NCBI RefSeq assembly: GCF_036323395.1
Contig: NZ_AP028907.1
Span: 480,001-512,000, forward strand
From: Pyrodictium abyssi
GTDB lineage: Archaea > Thermoproteota > Thermoprotei_A > Sulfolobales > Pyrodictiaceae
Direction: 5' to 3'
Length of the DNA stretch: 32,000 bases
The notes below the pieces were generated by a model. The model did not search any database. It had not been told where the DNA came from and saw only the letters and a list, made by a program, of their open reading frames with translations. Made by a program: the position numbers and the translations under genes. Of the stretch, positions 22,806-30,509 are shown in pieces (position 1 is the first letter of the stretch; each line of letters opens with the position of its first letter).

Positions 22806-24239
22806 CTAGTCCATGGCCTCTACCGGTAGCCGAGCCTCGGCCCCGAGCCTCTCCGCGGCCCCGCGCGCCGCTAGGTAGCCGGTGGCTGCTGCTACGTTTA
22901 TCCCGCGGCTCAGCCCAGCCCCGTCCCCCGCGGCGTATAGGCCTGGCATGCTCGTCTCCATGGTGGGCGTCTTTACGCGTACCCGGAGCGAGTAGTACTT
23001 CACCTCGGGCGCGTAGAGGAGCGTGTGCTTGCTCCACACTCCTGGCGCTAGGTCGTCGAGCCTCTCCAGGCCCTCGAGGATGTCTGTGAGGACCCGATAG
23101 GGCAGCGCCATGCCTATATCGCCCGGCGTGGCCTCCCGGAGAGTCGGCTCGACAACGCTCCTCTCTATACGGTCCCGTGTGCTCCTCCGCCCGGCTAGGA
23201 GGTCGCCGAGCCTCTGGACCAGGGGCTCGCCACCGCCCAGCTTAGTAGCCATCCTCGCTATGCTGCGGCCATACTCCAGCGCGTCCTCCATCGGGTCGGT
23301 TAGCTTTATTGTGACCAGGAAGGCGAAGTTCGTGTTCATGCTCCGGCGGGACGCGAAGGTCTCCCCGTTGACCCCGACCAGGCCGTCGCCGTAAACCTCC
23401 TTGACCACGTAGCCGCCCGGGTTGGTGCAGAACGTCCGCACCCTGTCGTCGAAGGTGCGTGTGTGGAATATGATCTTGGGGTCCCATACGACGCTCGTGA
23501 GAGGCTCCATCACCCGGTAGGGCACCTCCACGCGTACACCCACGTCGAGCGGCCCCGGCTCGGTCTCGAGGCCGAGGCGCCGTGCCTCCCGGGCGAGCCA
23601 GTGGGCCCCGCTACGGCCCGGCGCGAGTATCACAGTCCTGGCCTCTAGCTCGCCGCGGCTGGTCCTCAGGATGTAGCCGCCCCCGGGCCGGGGCTCGACA
23701 CGCTCCACCCGGGTGAGCGTGTGCAGCCTGACACCCTTCTCCACGAGGTACACCGTCATAGCCTCTATGACCTTAACAGTGTTCTCTGTGCCCATGTGCC
23801 GCTGCCTTATCGGGATGAACCTGGCCCCGGCGCGTATCGCCTTCCTCTCTAGCTCGGAGACCCGGGAGGGGTCGGGCTCGAAGAGCCGGTCCCGGGGCGC
23901 CCCGAAGTAGAGGAACACCTGGTCCACGAGCTCTATCAGGCGCTGGGCCTCCTCCCAGCCGCCGACGAGCCGGTGGAGCTCGCCGCCCACGTCGGGCCTC
24001 AGGTTTATGATGCCGCTGCTGAGCGCCCCTGCGCCACCGACCCCCTGCATGATTGCGCAGGGCTTGCAGTTGGCGCAGCGGCCGGTCTCGCGTAGCGGGC
24101 ACCGCCTCTGGGAGGCCCGTAGCCCCTCGTCCAGCAGGGCTACCCGTAGCCGGCCCCGCCCGGCCTCCCCGGCTAGGGCGAGGGCCGCGAATAGCCCGGC
24201 TGGGCCGGCGCCGACCACGGCTACGTCGTAGAGGGGCAC
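22806..24239 (-). CDS. FAD-dependent oxidoreductase (COG2509-like) with N-terminal four-Cys cluster
   Basis: 477 aa. Rossmann dinucleotide motif DVAVVGAGPAGLFAA. Cys47-X7-Cys55-X2-Cys58-X2-Cys61 (nt 24057-24101). GVGGAG..SSG segment and C-terminal GLYAAGDGAG FAD motif. Confidence 0.82.
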   Translation of the reverse strand: MPLYDVAVVGAGPAGLFAALALAGEAGRGRLRVALLDEGLRASQRRCPLRETGRCANCKPCAIMQGVGGAGALSSGIINLRPDVGGELHRLVGGWEEAQRLIELVDQVFLYFGAPRDRLFEPDPSRVSELERKAIRAGARFIPIRQRHMGTENTVKVIEAMTVYLVEKGVRLHTLTRVERVEPRPGGGYILRTSRGELEARTVILAPGRSGAHWLAREARRLGLETEPGPLDVGVRVEVPYRVMEPLTSVVWDPKIIFHTRTFDDRVRTFCTNPGGYVVKEVYGDGLVGVNGETFASRRSMNTNFAFLVTIKLTDPMEDALEYGRSIARMATKLGGGEPLVQRLGDLLAGRRSTRDRIERSVVEPTLREATPGDIGMALPYRVLTDILEGLERLDDLAPGVWSKHTLLYAPEVKYYSLRVRVKTPTMETSMPGLYAAGDGAGLSRGINVAAATGYLAARGAAERLGAEARLPVEAMD

Positions 24240-24242
24240 CGC

Positions 24243-25259
24243 TTACTCCACCCCCTTCTCCCTGGAGAGGTTGATGGTGCACTCGACGTCCTCGCCCGTC
24301 CCCACCAGGGCCACGGGGACGCCTAGCTTGTCCTCGACCTCCTCTATCCAGGCACGGGCCTCCCTGGGCAGCTCCTCCCAGCGCCTACGGCACCTTGCCT
24401 CGGGGAACACACGATCGATCTTCGTCAGTGCCACGTCTGTGGCCGTGTTGGCGCGCACGGCGCGCAGAGCTAGCTCGAGGTTGAAGGGCGCTACCCGGCG
24501 GGGCCTCCCCGTGACGGTCCCGTACTCGGCCCAGCCCAGCTCCACGGCCTTCTCGTGGGGCAGCTCGCCGGGCAGGGGGCCCGAGCCAACACGGGTCACG
24601 TAGGCCTTGAGGACCACGGTTATCCTCTCCACGCTGCGGGGGCCTAGGCCCAGCTCGCTCAGCGCAGCAGCGGCGGTGGTGTCGCGGCTGGTGACGTAGG
24701 GGTAGGTGCCGTGGTAGAGGCTCAGCCAGTAGCCCTGCGACGCCTCCACCAGTATCAGCTCGCCCCTATCGAGAGCCTCGAGCATCTCGAGCTGGGTGTC
24801 AGTGACCAGGTCCTCTAGCTCCGGGTAGTCGCGTGCGAGGCGGAGCCTGCGGAGCACGCGTTCCACCATAGCCGCGCCTACGCCGGTCCCAGTGGAGCCA
24901 ATGCGCTTCATGAGGTGCTGGTCGCTCCTCTCCCGGGCCACGTGCTCCGAGGTTATGACGCCCGTGTTGTAGTCCAGCCATATCCTGCCCCGGAGCCCTA
25001 GGGCCTCGACCTCGGAGAGGAAGACCTCGAGGTCTACGAGGGCGCCGCGGGCTATGTAGAGCCGGGTCCCGGGGTTGAGGAAGCTGCTCGGGGAGGCGCG
25101 GAGCTTCCACACCCGGCCCCTGTGCACGACCGTGTGGCCCGCGTTAGTGGCCCCGGTGCGGGCGCTCCCCCAGGGCCTCCGGGACAGAGCCAGATAGGCG
25201 GCTACGCGGCCCTTCCCCTCGTCGCCGAAGAAGCCCCCAACCACTATGTGGACGGGCAC
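24243..25259 (-). CDS. purA: Adenylosuccinate synthetase (short archaeal form)
   Basis: 338 aa. P-loop GGFFGDEGKGRV, NAGHTV, GSTGTGVG, TKID. Its stop lies 3 nt before the start of the next gene. Confidence 0.9.
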   Translation of the reverse strand: MPVHIVVGGFFGDEGKGRVAAYLALSRRPWGSARTGATNAGHTVVHRGRVWKLRASPSSFLNPGTRLYIARGALVDLEVFLSEVEALGLRGRIWLDYNTGVITSEHVARERSDQHLMKRIGSTGTGVGAAMVERVLRRLRLARDYPELEDLVTDTQLEMLEALDRGELILVEASQGYWLSLYHGTYPYVTSRDTTAAAALSELGLGPRSVERITVVLKAYVTRVGSGPLPGELPHEKAVELGWAEYGTVTGRPRRVAPFNLELALRAVRANTATDVALTKIDRVFPEARCRRRWEELPREARAWIEEVEDKLGVPVALVGTGEDVECTINLSREKGVE

Positions 25260-25302
25260 AGGGTTCCCAAGCTCTTGTGTCGCTAAGGCGGCTCAGCACT
25301 CT

Positions 25303-25309
25303 ATATAAC
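25303..25309 (-). promoter_or_regulatory. Putative TATA box of the purA operon
   Basis: Minus-strand TTATATA lies 44-50 nt upstream of the purA start at 25259, in an AT-richer intergenic stretch. Confidence 0.4.
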
Positions 25310-25413
25310 GTTTTCTAACGTGTGCTACCAGAACACGATATTGCATCACGCCATGTAAAAACACGTATATGGGTTGCAGTGCAGCCCGGGAGAAAGCCGC
25401 AGCAGCCCAGCGG

Positions 25414-25968
25414 CTAGCCGAACACGTAGGCTATACCTGTCTCCCCCATCACCGGCCGCTTCTCCAGCAGCCTGGAGGCGAGGCCCGGTAGCCCCGTCCC
25501 GGGCAGCGCCCCGATATAGTCCAGGAACGGGCCCAGATCCCTCACCACGACCAGCATACGGCCAGGCTCCGGCACGTAGACGAGACGGGGCCCCGGTGGC
25601 GACGCCAGGAACCCGTACCGCACAACAACCCTGCTAGTAGTGCTCAGCAGGAGCAGACCTGGGCACTTAAACGAGTCCATAAGCTCCTGGAACCGGTACG
25701 GCAGCCCCTCTAGGTTCCTCTGTATATCCTCTAGCCGGCAGCCATCAGCCAGCAGCACAGCCTCCAGGTAGTAACGCCCAGTGACATCAAGAGGCCCCTC
25801 CCGGAGAGGCTGCACAGCAACGTAGACTAGCCGCCCACCGCCCTCATAGGGCGAGACAAGCATGTCAACGCTATAGAGCCCGTCGCCGAGGATAATAGGC
25901 TGCTCGACCTTGAGGCCGACACGGCTCCACCGGGGCCCAGCCCCCGCCGCTTCACCCAACCCCGCCAC
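25414..25968 (-). CDS. Hypothetical protein
   Basis: 184-aa ORF with a GTG start of uncertain position. Composition looks coding. No recognisable motif. Confidence 0.5.
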   Translation of the reverse strand: MAGLGEAAGAGPRWSRVGLKVEQPIILGDGLYSVDMLVSPYEGGGRLVYVAVQPLREGPLDVTGRYYLEAVLLADGCRLEDIQRNLEGLPYRFQELMDSFKCPGLLLLSTTSRVVVRYGFLASPPGPRLVYVPEPGRMLVVVRDLGPFLDYIGALPGTGLPGLASRLLEKRPVMGETGIAYVFG

Positions 25969-26483
25969 CCCCAGGAGACCCGCCGCCCCTCCTCGCCGGG
26001 GCGGTGATAATACTCCAGAATGCGAACATTACATGCATGCGTAGCACACATCCTTCTTCCGCGTTAAACCCGGTATTACTTCCAGCGAGAGACTGGTTAT
26101 AACCCTAGTGCAACAAGTGCACGGGCCGCAATACGGGCCTAGGAATAACACCCCGGAACCACGATGCAATAACCCTGTAAGGCCCTAGTATCAGTGCCTA
26201 TGCATTCCACGGGAAGTCCACAGGCTAAATAGAGCGTAAGTGTGCACCAGGAGACACCATGAGCGGCAGCATGCAGGGGCCGCGCATTGTATCTACGATA
26301 GCCGCGGCCTGGCAATAAGCCAGGTCTACCCTTTGCACCCCCTCCTTTCGGCGCAGTAGCGACGCTATACAGCAGCTATTACCAAGAACGCCTCAGGGTC
26401 AGCAGAACGTGGTCGGCAACGCCCCCACCTACTCGAGTCGCAGATTCAATCCTTCAATCCTAATGTTACCCTAAGTTATAGGT

Positions 26484-26509
26484 TATAGTTGGTAATTATA
26501 GTTGGTAAT
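26484..26509. repeat. Perfect 13-bp tandem direct repeat (TATAGTTGGTAAT x2)
   Basis: Read directly: 26484-26496 equals 26497-26509, with a partial third copy (GTTATAGGT) just upstream. It ends 75 nt upstream of the 26584 start. Confidence 0.9.
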
Positions 26510-26583
26510 ATTGTGTCATATGCGGTAGAGGCGGCAGAGGGTCTCTGAGGGTTATATAGCCCAGGGGTGGCTGGTGCGGCTCC

Positions 26584-27309
26584 GTGCGGGTGCCCCAGTT
26601 GGCTGTAGCGTGCAAAGACCTATGCAGCTCGCTCAGCGGCCTCGTAGCGGTTGACGAGCCTGCCCAGGGTCTGGGGATACGCGTAGCCTACAGCCTCGCC
26701 TGGGGCAGGCCCGTAGAGGAGCTCGACGCCGGGGTTCTCCGCGGCGAGGAGGAGCGGCTCCTCCGGGAGCTCAGAGAGGGGTATAGCCTCGAGACGCTCC
26801 GCGGCGACCCGGTGGTCCGGGCGTACCGGGACTTCTACTGGAGAATAGGCATCGACCCGACCAAGACCCGGCCTAGCAGCGAGGCCCTGGTGCGGAGGGC
26901 GCTGAGGGGCCGCTGGCCCCGGGTGAACCCCGTGGTGGACGCGGGGAACATAGCCTCGGCCCGCTACATGGTGCCCATAGGGCTCTACGACGCCGAGCGG
27001 TTCAGGCCGCCGGCCCGGATAACCCTAGCCCGTGGCGGCGAGCTGTTCAACCCGATCGGCGGCAACCCGGAGCGGCTCGGCGAGGGCACGCCTATCATGG
27101 TGGACGCTGGGGGCGTGGTGATGCACCTCTACCCGCACCGCGACAGCAGGGAGACCATGGTCCGGCCCGAGACCAGGTGCATCCTCATCCTCGCAGCCGG
27201 GGTGCCCGGGGTCGAGCAGCAGAGGCTAGAGGCGGCTGTCAGGGAGGTGCAGAGGCTCCTAGGCCTCCTAGGCTGGCAGAGCTGCCCAGAGACGGCCCAC
27301 GCCCCGTAG
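26584..27309 (+). CDS. B3/B4 tRNA-binding-domain protein (stand-alone PheRS-beta B3/4-like, COG3382-type)
   Basis: 241 aa. RAYRDFYWRIGIDPTKTRPSSEALVRRALRG..PRVNPVVDAGNIASARYMVPIGLYD matches the characteristic core of solo B3/4 domain proteins. Confidence 0.78.
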   Translation: MRVPQLAVACKDLCSSLSGLVAVDEPAQGLGIRVAYSLAWGRPVEELDAGVLRGEEERLLRELREGYSLETLRGDPVVRAYRDFYWRIGIDPTKTRPSSEALVRRALRGRWPRVNPVVDAGNIASARYMVPIGLYDAERFRPPARITLARGGELFNPIGGNPERLGEGTPIMVDAGGVVMHLYPHRDSRETMVRPETRCILILAAGVPGVEQQRLEAAVREVQRLLGLLGWQSCPETAHAP

Positions 27310-27349
27310 CGGGCCCGGAGCCAGGGGGGCCGCGGGGAGAGGGGCAGCG

Positions 27350-27658
27350 GTGCTCGCCTGGATACTCGCAGCACTAGCGGCGGGTACGCTGCTCGGCCTA
27401 GCGCTAGCCCGCCGCGGCCTATACAGCCGCGTAGGCCGCGCCGTGGACGCGGCCCTAGCAGCCATGGTCTACGCTATAGTGCTCCTCGTGGGCCTAGAGG
27501 CTGGGGCCAGCCTGCGGGGCAGCAGCGGCGAGGCCCTAGCGAGGATAGCGGCTTCGAGCATAGTGCTCGCAGCGGCGACGGCGGTGGCGAGCCTCGCAGC
27601 AGCGATAGTCGTCCTCCGGCTAGCCGGCCGCCGGCCCCAGGCTAGCCTTCCCCCCTAG
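27350..27658 (+). CDS. LysO/DUF340 family exporter, small N-terminal-type subunit
   Basis: 102 aa with 3 TM helices. AALAAMVYAIVLLVGLEAG aligns with the N-terminal part of E. coli YbjE/LysO (...SWMVYLILFFMGISLA) as I recall it. GTG start. Confidence 0.6.
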   Translation: MLAWILAALAAGTLLGLALARRGLYSRVGRAVDAALAAMVYAIVLLVGLEAGASLRGSSGEALARIAASSIVLAAATAVASLAAAIVVLRLAGRRPQASLPP

Positions 27659-28019
27659 CCGGGCAGTCTGCCCCGAGCCGCCTGGCCAGCTCTAGCCGGT
27701 CCCTGGTCAGCGGCGCGTTCACGTCCACGACGAGGCTGTCTTCGAGGGCCTCGGCCCAGTGCGGGACGCCAGGCGGTATCACCTCGTAGTCGCCGGGCCC
27801 GAGCACCCGCTCCCCGCGGCCCTCTACGCCGAGCAGGAGCCTCCCCCGGAGGCAGAACGTGGCCTGCACCGACGGATGGCTGTGCCGGGGGACCCGGGCG
27901 CCGCGCCGTATCCTAGACTCCATGACCACTAGGTCCCGGCTGCAGTAGGCTATCCGGGAGCATACGCCCTCCAGGAGCTCCCGGCACCAGTCCAAGCTAA
28001 TCCCCGGGATAGAGCCCAC
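27642..28019 (-). CDS. Cupin-domain protein
   Basis: 125 aa. G-x-x-x-P-x-H-x-H (GARVPRHSHPSVQ) plus GDYEVIPPGVPHWAEA are the two cupin motifs. Confidence 0.75.
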   Translation of the reverse strand: MGSIPGISLDWCRELLEGVCSRIAYCSRDLVVMESRIRRGARVPRHSHPSVQATFCLRGRLLLGVEGRGERVLGPGDYEVIPPGVPHWAEALEDSLVVDVNAPLTRDRLELARRLGADCPARGEG

Positions 28020-28056
28020 GAGCTGGCCACCGGCTAAATAGAGTGGCTCGGCAGGG

Positions 28057-28650
28057 CTAGCCGGCTAGTAGCGCTATCGCCGCCGGGGCTGCTAGGGTCA
28101 GGGCGACGCCGTGGACAAGGGCTACGGCGGCCTCGTAGGCGCCCCCATGGAGCGCTACCACGGGGAGCCCGGTGTCCATGGTGGTGGCGCCGCCTACTGC
28201 TATTGCTTGTAGCCGTAGCCCGCGGCGGGCTAGAGCCGGGTATAGGGCTATGTGGAGGCTCTCCCTGAACAGGTTCGCGAGGAATGCAACCACGCCCAGG
28301 CCCGGGTCGATCCTGGCCAAGGCGGGGCCTGCGAGGCTATACCAGCCAGCAGCCGCGCCTATCGCGGCAGCCGGCCTGGGCGGCGCTAGCCCGGTCACCG
28401 CCGCTACTACCGCGGCTGAAGCGGCGCTGGAGACAAGGGTTGCTACAGCCAGTAGTAGCCCCTGGAGCCCGGCGCTGCGCAGCCTCATCCTCTGCCCAGG
28501 GAGCTGGCCGCCGATAGCCAGCCCGGCCGCGAAGACGAGGACGACCAGGAGCGGGTCGAAGACCCCCGAGGGCGCCGTGTAGCCAGCATAGCCGAGAGCT
28601 ATGCCGGCTGCTAGCACTGCTAGCGTCGTGGCCGGCTGTAGCAGTGCCAA
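28057..28650 (-). CDS. LysO/DUF340 family exporter, large C-terminal-type subunit
   Basis: 197 aa. AAAGWYSLAGPAL, FLANLFRESLHIALYPAL, GGATTMDTGLPVV and VHGVALTLAAPAAIALL are collinear with the C-terminal two-thirds of E. coli LysO (GFGWYSLSG, FFNDLARELIAI, GATSMDFTLPVL, VHGFILSLLVPILIAFF) as I recall it. TTG start. Confidence 0.78.
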   Translation of the reverse strand: MALLQPATTLAVLAAGIALGYAGYTAPSGVFDPLLVVLVFAAGLAIGGQLPGQRMRLRSAGLQGLLLAVATLVSSAASAAVVAAVTGLAPPRPAAAIGAAAGWYSLAGPALARIDPGLGVVAFLANLFRESLHIALYPALARRGLRLQAIAVGGATTMDTGLPVVALHGGAYEAAVALVHGVALTLAAPAAIALLAG

Positions 28651-28869
28651 GCCAGCGAGACACCCCAGGAGCGGCCCCGGGGCCCCCTGGGGTTTGGATA
28701 CCTAGCGTCCGCGGGGCGTGGGGGACCGCTTGGTACGGAGGCCCGTGTACTGTAGCGGGGCTGCGAGGGTATTGCGTGTAGTCTGGTGTAACACGGGGTT
28801 GACTGGTGCACCACGTGGGGAGACTATAGAAGGGTATCCCCGTGCACCACACAGCCCGGTGAACACAGA

Positions 28870-30201
28870 GTGGAGACTAGGACGCTCCTCGTAGCGGCTG
28901 TAATCCTCGTAGTCATAGCGGGCGTGGCAGCCTTCACTCTCATGAAGGGCGGTGAGCAGGCAGCCCCAGCAGCCGAGAAGGCAGCGCCAGAGACCACAGC
29001 GGCCCCGGCCGCCGAGACTACGGCCGCTGAGACGGCTGCCCAGAAGCTTGAGCGCAACAAGATCTGTGTCGTCTACGACATTGGTGGTCGCGGCGACCTA
29101 AGCTTCAACGACATGGCCTACCTCGGCGCCAAGAAGGCGGCCAAGGACTTCGGCCTAGAGGTGGTCGAGGTCCAGAGTGCTACTGAGAGCGACTACTTGC
29201 CTAACCTGCGTACGCTGGCTAAGGACGGCAAGTGTGCCGTGATAGTAGCGGTAGGCTTCCTGATGACCGACGCTGTGAAGAAGGTTGCCGACGAGTATCC
29301 TGACCAGCTCTTCGCCATCATAGACGGCTACATACCAGACAAGCCCAACGTGCTGAGCGTCCTGTTCAAGGAGCATGAGGGCAGTGCTCTCGCCGGCGCG
29401 CTGGCCAGCATGGTGGCCCACTACTACGGCTGCAAGGCTGTGGGCGTTGTGCTGGGTATGGAGATACCGGTGCTCTACAAGTTCGAGGCTGGCTACTACT
29501 GGGGTATACGCTACGGCGAGAAGGTGTTCGAGCAGCACGAGGGCAAGAAGGTCGAGCCCCTAAGGATACTCTACACCTACACGGGCGCGTTCAACGACCC
29601 GGCCCGCGGCAAGACTGCGACTGAGGCCCAGCTGGGCCAGGGCGCCTGCGTGGTCTACAACGTGGCTGGCGCCACGGGCCTAGGCATCTTCGAGGCTGTG
29701 GCCGAGGCCGCTAAGAAGCAGGGCAAGGACATGGGCCCGCCGTTCGCCATAGGCGTAGACGCGGACCAGGACTGGATCAAGCCAGGCTTCATACTAGCTA
29801 GCATGATGAAGCGCGTAGACGTAGGCGTCTACAAGGCCGTAGAGAGGGCCCTTAAGTACTACAAGGGCGAGGTAGACAAGTACGGCGGCATAATGGAGCT
29901 AGGCCTCAAGGAGGGCGGCGTAGGCCTAAGCAAGCTAGAGGACCTAGAGACCTTCCTAGAGATAGCAGTAGAGGCTGGCAGCATTAAGCCCGAGCAGAAG
30001 CAGGAGATATACGAGAAGGTCAAGAAGATGAGGGAGCAGATACCCGGCTGGATCTGGGAGGAGGCCTACAAGCTAGCCGACATCCTCAAGGAGAACAAGG
30101 ACATAGAGGTCATGGGCCTAAAGTTCAGCGACATAGAGAGCATGATACCGATGGACGCCAACGAGATACAGAAGGTACGCGAACAGCTACAGGTAGGCTA
30201 G
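28870..30201 (+). CDS. BMP-family (Med/PnrA-like) ABC-transporter substrate-binding protein, probable nucleoside-binding
   Basis: 443 aa with GTG start. N-terminal TM or signal anchor, then an Ala/Thr/Glu/Pro linker. The core starts ICVVYDIGGRGDLSFNDMAYLGAKKAAKDFG, the typical BMP N-terminal motif. Confidence 0.88.
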   Translation: METRTLLVAAVILVVIAGVAAFTLMKGGEQAAPAAEKAAPETTAAPAAETTAAETAAQKLERNKICVVYDIGGRGDLSFNDMAYLGAKKAAKDFGLEVVEVQSATESDYLPNLRTLAKDGKCAVIVAVGFLMTDAVKKVADEYPDQLFAIIDGYIPDKPNVLSVLFKEHEGSALAGALASMVAHYYGCKAVGVVLGMEIPVLYKFEAGYYWGIRYGEKVFEQHEGKKVEPLRILYTYTGAFNDPARGKTATEAQLGQGACVVYNVAGATGLGIFEAVAEAAKKQGKDMGPPFAIGVDADQDWIKPGFILASMMKRVDVGVYKAVERALKYYKGEVDKYGGIMELGLKEGGVGLSKLEDLETFLEIAVEAGSIKPEQKQEIYEKVKKMREQIPGWIWEEAYKLADILKENKDIEVMGLKFSDIESMIPMDANEIQKVREQLQVG

Positions 30202-30240
30202 CCCCACTCCATACACACGCCACACCCAAGCTAAACCGGG

Positions 30241-30245
30241 TTTTT
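30241..30245 (+). terminator. Oligo-T termination signal after the BMP gene
   Basis: TTTTT lies 40 nt after the TAG stop, and archaeal termination commonly uses T-tracts. No strong hairpin is present. Confidence 0.35.
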
Positions 30246-30509
30246 AGCCCCTCCACTCGCGTCCGCCAGCCTCTCCTTCCCTGTTCTCTGCCCACCTTGC
30301 TCCTCACGGTATCCACGCTGAGGGACGCATATACGCAGCCGGGAACAGACCCCCGGGGCTTCTCCACAGCACCACAGCCTGGTCACATGGCTGTACGCGG
30401 AGGCGAGCCGCCGGCCAAGCGGGCCTATAGAGGAGGCCACGACAACCAATAATCCTACTCTATGCAATATTTCAGTTAAACCGGCCCGTGGTAAAGGTGC
30501 CGGAAAGCC

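Noticed and set aside
21469-24282. Numerous 60-199-aa ORFs on both strands inside purB, the FAD oxidoreductase and purA (for example 22230-22829, 22561-23037, 23773-24282)
   Set aside because: All are shadow ORFs within genes carrying unambiguous signatures (GSSAMPHKANP, GAGPAG, GDEGKG). Their sequences are Arg/Pro/Gly-rich with no motifs.
26100-26440. Possible RNase P RNA or SRP RNA gene, suggested by GGGAAGUCC (CR-I-like), AGUGCAACAAG, GGCUAAAUAG and GCAGAAC (CR-V-like) strings
   Set aside because: The motifs occur in the wrong linear order for RNase P. The putative P4 pairing (AAGUCCAC with GUGGUCG) is imperfect. I could not build P1-P3 or SRP helix 8 by eye. It needs a covariance-model scan before any call.
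19173-26509. CRISPR array or mobile-element terminal repeats, suggested by the two tandem repeats
   Set aside because: Each locus has only two abutting copies of 13-14 bp with no spacers. No inverted terminal repeats, target-site duplications, transposase or cas genes are present in the window.
28172-28852. ORFs 28172-28582(+), 28284-28517(+), 28337-28852(-), 28620-28814(-)
   Set aside because: They overlap the LysO-like gene, which has strong collinear similarity to a known family, and their composition is typical of GC-rich off-frames. The 28651-28869 part is better explained as a divergent promoter region.
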